Below, piece by piece: positions 37,399 to 46,398 of a stretch of 64,000 bases of DNA. The translations under genes and the position numbers were made by a program. Under the pieces are notes generated by a model. It saw nothing but the letters and a program-made list of their open reading frames with translations. It made no database searches and had not been told where the DNA came from. The stretch lies in the NCBI GenBank assembly GCA_964466575.1, contig CAYXNP010000002.1:30913-94912 (forward strand), in the 5' to 3' direction. The stretch is from Candidatus Woesearchaeota archaeon. GTDB lineage: Archaea; Nanobdellota; Nanobdellia; Pacearchaeales; GW2011-AR1. Within the stretch, counting starts at the first letter, position 1; the number at the start of each line of letters is the position of its first letter.

Positions 37399-38862
37399 CT
37401 AATATTTTCGTCTTGGTTTCTGGCTAAAATTATTTTGCCTTGAATTTCCTCTTCCTTGAAAATTTCCCCTCGATGGTCCCTGATTAGATTGATTACTTCC
37501 TTGATATCCTTTACTAGATTGGTTTCCTCTTGAATATCCACCAGATGATTGATTACTTCTTGGTGCCCTTGAATATCCTCTGCTGCTTCCAGAATTTCCT
37601 CGTGACTGAAAGTTTCCTCTCGATTGTCCTCTGCTATTTCCTCTAAATTGAAAATTTCCTCTCGACTGATTTCCCCTTTGAGAAAAACCCCTTCCTTTTC
37701 TTATTAATTCTGTATTAACTCTAATCATATCGAATTTGTGAAGCTTGACTTCTTTTATTTTAATATGTTCGTCTTCGAGGATTTTGTTGAAGTTGTCGTA
37801 ATCGCGGTTTGATAAAAGACTTATTGCTATTCCTTCTTCGCCTGCTCTTGCTGTTCTGCCTATTCTGTGAATGTATTCGTCGCTTGTTTTTGGCAAATCG
37901 TAATTGTAAACATGGCTCACGCCTTTTATGTCGAGTCCTCTTGCAGCGACGTCTGTGCAAACCAAAACTGTTACACCCTTTCCGTGGAATTCACTTAAAA
38001 CTCTTAATCGCTTTTTTTGCTCCATTCCGCCGTGAATTGCCTTCGCTGTTATTCTATTTAGATTTAAATTATTTGCGACGAAATCAGCGTTGTTTCTTGT
38101 GCTGCAAAAAACCATTACTAAATCTGAAACTTCTTCTCTCAATAAATGAACTAATAAAGAAAATTTCATGTGGCTCTCGACGTTGTAAAAAATTTGTTTT
38201 AGCTTTGCCGGGTCAACGTGCGATTTGACTGCGACTTCAGCTGGATTTTTTGTGTGCTTTTTTGCTAAATGGTCGATGTTCGGAGAAATTGTAGCAGAGA
38301 ACATCATAGTTTGTCTTTTTTGCGGGCATTGCGAAATTATTTTTTCCACGTCTTTATGGAATCCCATGTCAAACATTCTGTCTACTTCGTCTAATACTAA
38401 AAATTTAACATTGCTTAAATTTAAACTGCCTCTTTGCATATGGTCTAATATTCTTCCAGGAGTTCCGACAATGACATCTGTTTGAGGGATTCTTCTTGTT
38501 TGATTTTGCATGTCGACGCCGCCATAAATTGCCAAGAAATTCAGAGGTTTATTTTTAGAGAATTGTTTTATTGAAGCTAAAACTTGTTCGGCGAGTTCTC
38601 TAGTTGGAGTTAAGATTAGCGCTTGAACTTTATTGTTTGGTTTTAGGTTCTCAATTATCGGAACCGAGAATACTAAAGTTTTTCCGCTTCCCGTCGCTGA
38701 ACCGCCAATTATATCTTTTCCAGCTAGCGCTAAGGGAATGGCTTTTTCCTGAATCTCGGTTGGTTCATCAAATCCAAGACTCTGCAAGACATCCAAAATA
38801 TTCTTACTTAATCCAAGTTCCTTAAAGTTTTTCATTTCAAGAAATAAATTCCTGAGCTGCAA
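37399..38862 (-). CDS. DEAD-box ATP-dependent RNA helicase with a roughly 100-aa C-terminal RGG/SRGN low-complexity tail.
   Basis: Motif I is GSATGSGKT, Ia is PTRELA, II is DEVD (a DEAD variant), III is SAT and VI is HRIGRTARAG. The C-terminus carries RGNQSRGNFQFRGNSRGQSRGNFQSRGNS repeats. Confidence 0.9.
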   Translation of the reverse strand: MQLRNLFLEMKNFKELGLSKNILDVLQSLGFDEPTEIQEKAIPLALAGKDIIGGSATGSGKTLVFSVPIIENLKPNNKVQALILTPTRELAEQVLASIKQFSKNKPLNFLAIYGGVDMQNQTRRIPQTDVIVGTPGRILDHMQRGSLNLSNVKFLVLDEVDRMFDMGFHKDVEKIISQCPQKRQTMMFSATISPNIDHLAKKHTKNPAEVAVKSHVDPAKLKQIFYNVESHMKFSLLVHLLREEVSDLVMVFCSTRNNADFVANNLNLNRITAKAIHGGMEQKKRLRVLSEFHGKGVTVLVCTDVAARGLDIKGVSHVYNYDLPKTSDEYIHRIGRTARAGEEGIAISLLSNRDYDNFNKILEDEHIKIKEVKLHKFDMIRVNTELIRKGRGFSQRGNQSRGNFQFRGNSRGQSRGNFQSRGNSGSSRGYSRAPRSNQSSGGYSRGNQSSKGYQGSNQSNQGPSRGNFQGRGNSRQNNFSQKPRRKY

Positions 38863-39082
38863 GTCTTTTGAACATATAGCTCAAGACTTAAACTATAATT
38901 AAATCATATTTTTAGTTTATAAAAGTTTGTATTAAGATTGACAGATAGAAATACATGCTGTAGTAAACTGAAAATTAGTTCGCTCATTTCATTCGCTCAA
39001 ATCCAATTACATTAATCCAGATTTATCAATTATAGCCATTATCAAGATTGAATCCAATTAACTTTTGGTTCTTGATTATGAA

Positions 39083-40201
39083 TTATATCTCTTTAATCAA
39101 CTCTTCCATTATTTTATCTTCGTTGAATTTCTCAACTGTCTTCGCAACTTGAATTTTATTCCACTTCTTCTTTATTGCTTGTTCAATTTTAAATGCGAGG
39201 TCGCTGATATCATAGGGTTTTGCGAGATAGCCATTTTTATCTTCGACAATTATTTCTTCTGGGCCACCGCCATCTTTCCAAGATATTCCGGGAGTTCCAC
39301 AAGCAATTGACTCGACAAGAGAAAGACCAAATCCTTCTTTAGGGCAGAGTGAGATTGTTGCTTTTGCAGTATTGTATAACCTGATTAATTCTTGTTTATC
39401 TACTAATCCTAAAAACGAGAGGTTAACATTAAGTTTTTTAGCGAGTTCTGTGAATTCTGATTTTAATGATTGTTCGCATTCACCTGCGATTACTAATTTT
39501 GGTTTGTTTTTTATTTTACTTAATGCTTGAATTAACCAATCCAATCTTTTTTGTTTAACAACTCTGCCTGAACTTAAAACAAAGTTTGATTTTTCGTTGT
39601 ATTTTTTTATTTTGAATTCGGCGTTTAATGGTGGGTAAATAACTTTAGAATCAATATGATAAACTTCCTTAATATCTTTTTGAACTGATTTACTCGCTGT
39701 AAAATATTTGTTTGCGTTTTTTATACATTTTTGGTCTAATTTTTTGAAGGGTTTATTAAATATTTTTTTAACTATAAAATATGCAATTAGTCTTTTGAAA
39801 TCGTTTTTAGCCCAATTTAGGTCTGCATTGTAAATGAATTTTGGAAGATGGTGTAAATGAAGAATATATGGAATTTTGAACTTTTTTTTAATTCTGTAAG
39901 CTACATACGATGATGGAAATGAGTGACATATTATTAAATCGAAATTTTTGAACTGGTTTATTATCCTGTTTCGGAAAATTGTTGAAGAAATTTGAACTGC
40001 TTCTAGTTTTATTGGGAGTTTTCCATATTCTATTACATTATATTTTGATAGTTTTTCTTTTTTTAATTTCTCGTCGACAAATGCGAATGCGAATGTTACA
40101 TTACAACCTTTTGCTTTTAATGTCTTTGCTTGAAAAAGCATGACTTTTTCTAGACCGCCATGTTCTGAAAAAAAATCATACATTATTACTATTCTTTTCA
40201 T
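39083..40201 (-). CDS. GT4-family glycosyltransferase.
   Basis: EGFGLSLVESIACGTPGISWKDGGGPEEIIVEDKNGYL is the GT4 C-terminal signature. Confidence 0.85.
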   Translation of the reverse strand: MKRIVIMYDFFSEHGGLEKVMLFQAKTLKAKGCNVTFAFAFVDEKLKKEKLSKYNVIEYGKLPIKLEAVQISSTIFRNRIINQFKNFDLIICHSFPSSYVAYRIKKKFKIPYILHLHHLPKFIYNADLNWAKNDFKRLIAYFIVKKIFNKPFKKLDQKCIKNANKYFTASKSVQKDIKEVYHIDSKVIYPPLNAEFKIKKYNEKSNFVLSSGRVVKQKRLDWLIQALSKIKNKPKLVIAGECEQSLKSEFTELAKKLNVNLSFLGLVDKQELIRLYNTAKATISLCPKEGFGLSLVESIACGTPGISWKDGGGPEEIIVEDKNGYLAKPYDISDLAFKIEQAIKKKWNKIQVAKTVEKFNEDKIMEELIKEI

Positions 40202-40911
40202 TTTTTAACTAAACCAATTCTGTGCTTTAATATTAATCCAATCATGCTCAATCCAATAACAAAAGTTCGTTTGAAGTCGCCTGTTGCAGAAGACACTCCG
40301 ACTCTTCTGAGATAATTTACAGGAATTTCAATAAAAGGAATTCTGTTTCTAATAATTTGGAGCATCATGTCTGGGTTGAATTCCATTCCAGTTATTATGA
40401 ATTTGTATTTGATTTTTTCGTATGCTTTTCTATTGATTAGCCTATAAGAACATCCGACATCAGATAAGAAACTCGTACCGAAAAGAATCTCAACAAATTT
40501 TGCGACTGCAAAATTTCCCCATTTTAAAAACCAGCCCATGTTTGCGCCAGAGCCAATCATTATTGACGTTGTTCTTGTGCCGAAGACTACGTCGAAATTG
40601 TCAGAGTATGCTAAGAATTTTACAACGTCATTTGGGTCAAAGGTGCCGTCTGGTTCTGACATTATAATTAAGTCGCCCTTTGATTCGTGTAATGCTCTGC
40701 GATAACCCCAACCAAAGCCCTGTTTTGACTCGAGAAAGTATTTGGCTTTTGTTTTAAGGATTTCTTCTTTTGTTCCTTTAGCAGCATTATTATCTACGGC
40801 AATTACTTCATCAACATAGCCTGTTTTAAATAAACCATCGATGAATTCTTTTATAGAATCTTTTTCATTATATGTTGAGAACACAACTGAAACTTTCTTT
40901 TTTTTCCACAT
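40198..40911 (-). CDS. GT2 glycosyltransferase, dolichyl-phosphate hexose synthase-like (AglJ/AglD/DPM1-like).
   Basis: VSVVFSTYNEKDSI...VIAVDNNAAKGT...MSEPDGTF matches a short DPM1-like GT2. Confidence 0.75.
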   Translation of the reverse strand: MWKKKKVSVVFSTYNEKDSIKEFIDGLFKTGYVDEVIAVDNNAAKGTKEEILKTKAKYFLESKQGFGWGYRRALHESKGDLIIMSEPDGTFDPNDVVKFLAYSDNFDVVFGTRTTSIMIGSGANMGWFLKWGNFAVAKFVEILFGTSFLSDVGCSYRLINRKAYEKIKYKFIITGMEFNPDMMLQIIRNRIPFIEIPVNYLRRVGVSSATGDFKRTFVIGLSMIGLILKHRIGLVKK

Positions 40912-41117
40912 ATAATTGCCTCATTTTAACAATTTATATAATTAATTATGATGGAAATATATTGGCTACGAATCGGGCTTAGCCACTATTCTTCGCTAAG
41001 GAATATTTAAGGAAGAATACCTGATAAATTTGTGATGAGTATAAGTGCAGTAATTGGATAGTTTAGAGATTGTGGTGGGAGTACATATCAAAAGTGAGAG
41101 TGTGGTTAAGTATTTAT

Positions 41118-42797
41118 TTAACTTCTATGGTAAATGTAAAACTCGCCGATTATTTTTTCTAATTCAAAACCCTGTAATTCGTCTTTGTTAACTTCATAGT
41201 ATTTTACAACATAATCAACTTTTTCTAAATCTTGTTCAGAGACTGAAGGAGAGTATAATCCGGAATAAATTCCGGCTGGCCAGAAAAAGTTATCATTCAT
41301 TTCACGATTTTGCAGGCTCTTAGTGAAGTATTTGTTTAAGTATGAAACAGAAAAATCTAATTTTGGTTTATTATTATCATTGTTATAGAATTTCCTTTGA
41401 GTGTAATGCCCCATTGCATTTGGCAGCATTACAACTGAATCAGCGTCGGTGTTATCGTAAATGTATAATCCTGTTTCTTTTATATGAGCTTTGTGTGTTA
41501 GAAATTTTATGTCGAAATAAAGATTGTAACTTAATAAGAGCGCAATTAAGATTATAATTAATATTCTTCTTGATTTTTTGTAAAAGAATACGAAAAGTAT
41601 TGGTACTGATGCGAGTATATTAAATAAAAAGTCTGGAAGATTTGTAGCTTGAATTAAGCCCTTGCTGTTGTAAATTGTTAGCTGTGGATTAAGAAGTAAT
41701 AAAATAATTATTGAAATAAGAAAACTGATTATAAAGAGGAAAACTTCTTTTTTTGTAAATTTGCTTGGTGATAGATTTTCATAGATTAAAATTCCTATTA
41801 AAATGGAAATCCCTGGAGAAATAGTTAAGAAATACCTTGGATAACCAAACGCCGGACGTGGAAGGAATAAAAAGAAAATTAAGATAACTAAAATGTAAAT
41901 TGAAAGAATTTTAATTATTTTGCTTTTCTTAGGAAGAAGAAAGAAAGATAGTATTATGAGGATTGTTGCGGGAAAAGTGAATAACCTTATGAATTGCGAG
42001 ATGTTTAGTAAAAAACTAGGAATGTAAATTGATAAATTTGAGATTTGTTCGCTGCCTAGGCTTGCGTTATGCGAGAAGAAATAAAAAAATGTTCCAGGTT
42101 CAATAAGAGAGCTGTAAATAAACCATGTTACAAAAAAACAAATTCCTGAAATTACACCGACGATAAAATAATTCTTGAAATCTTTTCGTAAATCTTTGTT
42201 AACTAAAAAATAAACTCCAATTCCAATGAAAACTAAAAATGCCATAGGATAACGGTTCCATATTGCGAAAAATAGTGAAATTGTGCTAATGACAAGAAAT
42301 ATATTTTTGTGAGATTTGGTGTATTTTAATATTGAATAAATGAATAAAAATATGAAAAAAGTTGAGAGCATGTCAATGTCAATAAGTATTGATGAAGACA
42401 AAATATAATAATTTATTAAAAAGAAGATAGAAGATATAATCCCAATTGTTTTTCCTTTTTTGTTTCCTATTAAATCTTTGCAAAATAAATAAATTAAGAA
42501 TGTTGTTAGAAATGAGAAAATTACATTAATTAATCTTGCAGAAATCTCATTTTCAGCAATCAAAAACATGAATGCAATTAAATAAATATACATTGGAGGG
42601 TGCCAAAGACCTAATTTATTAGGGTGTTGTTCTGATTGATAAAATATTGGGTGGCCGGTATTTTTAATTGCCGACGCTGAACGTGTAAATTCTGTCTCTT
42701 CTGCAGTATAATCATTGTTCAATGAAATAATTCTTGCGAAAATCCCGAATAAGATTAAAACTACGATTAATATAAAAAATATTTTCTTTTGATTCAT
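41118..42797 (-). CDS. Polytopic GT-C membrane glycosyltransferase, Dol-P-mannose mannosyltransferase/ArnT-like (AglS-like).
   Basis: About 12 TM helices plus a C-terminal soluble domain, and the position in the agl cluster. Confidence 0.5.
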   Translation of the reverse strand: MNQKKIFFILIVVLILFGIFARIISLNNDYTAEETEFTRSASAIKNTGHPIFYQSEQHPNKLGLWHPPMYIYLIAFMFLIAENEISARLINVIFSFLTTFLIYLFCKDLIGNKKGKTIGIISSIFFLINYYILSSSILIDIDMLSTFFIFLFIYSILKYTKSHKNIFLVISTISLFFAIWNRYPMAFLVFIGIGVYFLVNKDLRKDFKNYFIVGVISGICFFVTWFIYSSLIEPGTFFYFFSHNASLGSEQISNLSIYIPSFLLNISQFIRLFTFPATILIILSFFLLPKKSKIIKILSIYILVILIFFLFLPRPAFGYPRYFLTISPGISILIGILIYENLSPSKFTKKEVFLFIISFLISIIILLLLNPQLTIYNSKGLIQATNLPDFLFNILASVPILFVFFYKKSRRILIIILIALLLSYNLYFDIKFLTHKAHIKETGLYIYDNTDADSVVMLPNAMGHYTQRKFYNNDNNKPKLDFSVSYLNKYFTKSLQNREMNDNFFWPAGIYSGLYSPSVSEQDLEKVDYVVKYYEVNKDELQGFELEKIIGEFYIYHRS

Positions 42798-43339
42798 TTT
42801 AAAACCTCTAACTCAATATAAATCTCATAGATTGGAAAAACCCAACAAAAAAACCGTTCATATATTTTTTGATTTATATTTACTAAACTATTAAGTATAT
42901 TGTTTACTGAAATTAAAACTGGCTTAAATCTTCCCTTTAAAAATTGCCGCCCGATAAAATTTGGTTCTCTTTTTAAAATTTTAAATTGCGGGAGCTGATA
43001 AAAACTTTTTTCAGTAAAATAATCAAAGGTAAATAGACTAAATCCTCTGTGTTTGTGGGTTGGATCCCTATATGCATTCCCGCAGGAAAAATGGGGTAAA
43101 ATTATTTTTAACCGCGCATTGTTTTTACAAATTCTTCTTAATTCGGTCATAACTTTTACTAAATCGGTCAAATGTTCCAGTGTATGCGAAGTATAAACCT
43201 CGTCGAAAGTATTGTCTTTAAAAGGCCAGGGGAATTTTTCTAAATCATGAATTACATCGACGCCATCTAATTTCATTGCATCTAAATTAACATAGTCTTT
43301 CAGTATATTTTGTCCGCATCCTAAATTCAATTTTTTCAT
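42794..43339 (-). CDS. Class I SAM-dependent methyltransferase (AglP-like).
   Basis: LNLGCGQNILKDYVNLD is motif I. FDEVYTSHTLEHL is also present. Confidence 0.65.
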   Translation of the reverse strand: MKKLNLGCGQNILKDYVNLDAMKLDGVDVIHDLEKFPWPFKDNTFDEVYTSHTLEHLTDLVKVMTELRRICKNNARLKIILPHFSCGNAYRDPTHKHRGFSLFTFDYFTEKSFYQLPQFKILKREPNFIGRQFLKGRFKPVLISVNNILNSLVNINQKIYERFFCWVFPIYEIYIELEVLK

Positions 43340-44148
43340 TTTTTTCTTAATATTTTATCTGCAATTTTTAAAATAAATTTCAACGGCCTTAAAACTGGTT
43401 CAAATGGAGAATAAACTAATCTTAATCTAAGAATACCTGAAAACATTTGAATTGGAACTTTTGTTAAATTTACTTTTGAATCTTGTTTGTCTTCCCAGAT
43501 TGTTGGAAATTCTTTTATTTTTAAATTAAATCTTCTTGCAAGATATAACAAATTAACATCAAAAGCCCATTCTGTTAATCTTAATTCAGGAGTTATCTTT
43601 TCAATTACTCTTTTTTTGAATAATTTGGCGCCGCATTGTGTGTCTCTGTAATTGAAAAAGAACATTGTTCTAACAAGAATATTAAACCCTCTGCTAACAA
43701 ATCTTCTTAAAAGAGTTTGTTTTGTTTTGATAACACTTTGTTTTAACCATCTGCTTGCGATTATTCCATCATAATGCTTAATGTTTTTTACTAAATCAAA
43801 AAAAGCATTTGGGGGAGTTGCCATATCAGCGTCAACAAATCCTATTAAATGTTTATCTGATTTTGATTTTTCTAATATATTTTTGAATCCTTCTGTAATT
43901 GCGAATCCTTTTCCACCAGGTCTTAAATCCATAATAACTATTTCACTATATTTCTTCTTTACTTGTTTGGTTATTTCTAAAGTTCTATCGGTTGTGTTAT
44001 TCAAAACAACAACAATTTCAAAATCTGAGATTTCTTTTGTTTTAACTTTTAGTTTGAAAAAACTGCAATAGGATTCTAATGTGCCTCTAATTCTTTTTTC
44101 TTCGTTGTATGCAGGTATTACTATACTCAATTTATCGAAAGTAATCAT
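43336..44148 (-). CDS. GT2-family glycosyltransferase.
   Basis: LSIVIPAYNEEKRI...VVVLNNTTDRT...FVDADMATPP gives the DxD and acceptor motifs. Confidence 0.8.
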   Translation of the reverse strand: MITFDKLSIVIPAYNEEKRIRGTLESYCSFFKLKVKTKEISDFEIVVVLNNTTDRTLEITKQVKKKYSEIVIMDLRPGGKGFAITEGFKNILEKSKSDKHLIGFVDADMATPPNAFFDLVKNIKHYDGIIASRWLKQSVIKTKQTLLRRFVSRGFNILVRTMFFFNYRDTQCGAKLFKKRVIEKITPELRLTEWAFDVNLLYLARRFNLKIKEFPTIWEDKQDSKVNLTKVPIQMFSGILRLRLVYSPFEPVLRPLKFILKIADKILRKK

Positions 44149-45374
44149 CGTTTTAAGAAAAAATAGCTGCCTATAAACATTATTATGTTAGAAACCATAA
44201 ATGAGGTAATATATTGTAAAATAGTGTCATGGAATAAAGAAAGTAAAACGACTTCAATTACAACAAAGATAAATAGAAACCGGGTTTTTCTGAGTTTGTC
44301 TGTTGATAGTCCATAAATTAATACTAAATTGGTTAATGATAAAAAGCTTAGAGCGATTGCAGAGTAAACTAAATAGGGAGCCATTTCTAAATAAACACTT
44401 CCAAATAAAATGCTAATTATTAATTTAGGAAACATTGCGTAAACTAAAACTGAAATAACACATATTATAATTATTAAAATTAATGATTTATAGAATAGAC
44501 CAGATGAATTTTGATTAGTTTCTTTTCTCTCCGAGGTTAATGGAAACATTGCTTTGCTAATTCCAAAAGTGCCGAGATAAATCATTTTTCCCAGCATTGA
44601 TAACACGGCGTATTTTCCTGCTAATTCTGGCGCGAAGAATCTTTTCGCGAGGATTATATCTAAACTAAATACCAATAAAATTGCAAGCATAACCAAGAAA
44701 TATGGTATGCCCATCGAATAGGCTTTTGGAAAAGAAACTTTTTTTTCTTTTTCTGAAAGAATATCTCTGCTAAAATATAGGGAAAAAATAAATCCTGCAA
44801 AAACACCTAATAAAACCCCAATCATTGCTCCAAAAACTTTGAATCCAAAGAGAACCAAAGAAATTGCAAAAAATAATTTTAAACACGATTCAATAATCAT
44901 GCTGTTTCCCAACGAAATGAACTTTTTTCTTCCTTGTAATACTCCTCTTGCAACAGGGCTTGAGAAAGAAATGAAAACTATTAAGTTTGTTAATAAAATT
45001 AACCAAAAGTTAATTCTTAAAAAGTATGATAAGAAAATTGAAATGATTATTGAAAAAAGGAAGATTATTATTGCAATTTTAAATCCTTTTTTTAATGATT
45101 TATTTATTAAGAATTTTATCTTTTTATTCTCATGTTTAACATTAAGTTTAGAAGTCAGTTTAGTTATTATATTTTGAATTGCTTCTGTTGGGATGCCATA
45201 AATGTAAATTATTGACATTAAAACCGCCAGGGTGCCGTATCCTTCAGGACCTAACATCCACTCGCGCGCCATAGCAAAATGGAAAAGATAATTCAGAACA
45301 TTAAAAATATTCATTGTGACAAATAAAATTATTGCGCCTTTTCCCAGTTCACTTGATAAATATTTTTTAAACAT
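44145..45374 (-). CDS. Polysaccharide-biosynthesis (MOP/Wzx-like) flippase, AglR-like.
   Basis: About 12 TM helices and the cluster context. Confidence 0.55.
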   Translation of the reverse strand: MFKKYLSSELGKGAIILFVTMNIFNVLNYLFHFAMAREWMLGPEGYGTLAVLMSIIYIYGIPTEAIQNIITKLTSKLNVKHENKKIKFLINKSLKKGFKIAIIIFLFSIIISIFLSYFLRINFWLILLTNLIVFISFSSPVARGVLQGRKKFISLGNSMIIESCLKLFFAISLVLFGFKVFGAMIGVLLGVFAGFIFSLYFSRDILSEKEKKVSFPKAYSMGIPYFLVMLAILLVFSLDIILAKRFFAPELAGKYAVLSMLGKMIYLGTFGISKAMFPLTSERKETNQNSSGLFYKSLILIIIICVISVLVYAMFPKLIISILFGSVYLEMAPYLVYSAIALSFLSLTNLVLIYGLSTDKLRKTRFLFIFVVIEVVLLSLFHDTILQYITSFMVSNIIMFIGSYFFLKR

Positions 45375-45375
45375 G

Positions 45376-46389
45376 TTAAGTGTAAATAAATTGTTTGAAT
45401 AGTAATAATGAAAGCAAAATAATAATTATCTGGAATAGGTTAATTAAATAGACAACATCTTTTTCGTAAACTTTATTTTTGAATTTTTTTAGAATTAATA
45501 TTGAAAGGTGTGTCAGGCTGTAGATTTTTTTATAAGGAAGCTCTAAACTGCCGTCAGGATTTGGAATTGCAAAAGAATGTTTTTTTAATCCTCCTCGGAG
45601 TTTTAATCCGGTTTCAATTATATATGGAATAAAAACAAATGCAGCGATTTTCTCGAAGTTTCCAAGAATTGCCATAATTGCGATAAAACCGCCAATTGGG
45701 TAGGTTAAAACATCTCCTGGAAAAACTAATGCTGGAAATTTATTGAAGATATAAAATCCTAAAAGTGCTGCAACCATACATAAACCAACAACTGCCAGCC
45801 ACGCTGTGCCTGTAATATATGAGATATAAGACAAAAATCCAATAATTAATATTCCTTGGCTTGTTTCCAAACCATTAAAACCTGCTAAAAAATTATACGT
45901 TGCTGTGGCGCCCATAATTCCTAATGGGATTAAAAATAAAGGGTACCAAATTCCCAAGTCTATGTTGCCTAATATAGGGAGATTAATTTTATGAACTCCT
46001 GCATTTATTACTACTAATGGAATTGATGCAAATAATATTAAAAATAATCTGAATCGTTTTGATAAGCCGTTATTTTTCCATCCAAGCAAATCGTCTGTTA
46101 ATCCAATTATTCCTAAAATTAAAATTGAAGTTAATAATGAGAAAATTTCTAAATTTGATTCAATGTTTTGAAATATAAAAGTCCTAAATGAAACATATAA
46201 TAAAACACCCAGGACAAATGAGATTATAACCATTATTCCGCCTGATGATGCAACGTTTTTAGGATGTGAAAATTTATTCATATCTTCCCATAACAATCCT
46301 GTAAAGTGGCATTTCTTAATCCATTTTGGAAGGAAAAAAATCACTAAAATCAAACTAATAAAAACAGGTATTAAAAGTATTAAATCCAT
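45376..46389 (-). CDS. aglH: UDP-GlcNAc:dolichyl-phosphate GlcNAc-1-phosphate transferase (Alg7/AglH, MraY/WecA superfamily).
   Basis: GLTDDLLGW is the DDxxD motif. YNFLAGFNGLETSQG matches the eukaryotic/archaeal GPT motif (N..AG.NGLE.GQ) rather than the bacterial NxxNxxDGIDGL. Confidence 0.75.
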   Translation of the reverse strand: MDLILLIPVFISLILVIFFLPKWIKKCHFTGLLWEDMNKFSHPKNVASSGGIMVIISFVLGVLLYVSFRTFIFQNIESNLEIFSLLTSILILGIIGLTDDLLGWKNNGLSKRFRLFLILFASIPLVVINAGVHKINLPILGNIDLGIWYPLFLIPLGIMGATATYNFLAGFNGLETSQGILIIGFLSYISYITGTAWLAVVGLCMVAALLGFYIFNKFPALVFPGDVLTYPIGGFIAIMAILGNFEKIAAFVFIPYIIETGLKLRGGLKKHSFAIPNPDGSLELPYKKIYSLTHLSILILKKFKNKVYEKDVVYLINLFQIIIILLSLLLFKQFIYT

Positions 46390-46398
46390 TTTCTGAAA

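Noticed and set aside
37760-38825. ORFs 37760-37960 (-), 37809-38228 (+), 38225-38485 (+) and 38604-38825 (+).
   Set aside because: They lie out of frame or antisense within the DEAD-box helicase gene. The Arg-rich translations are the reverse-frame reading of its RGG tail.
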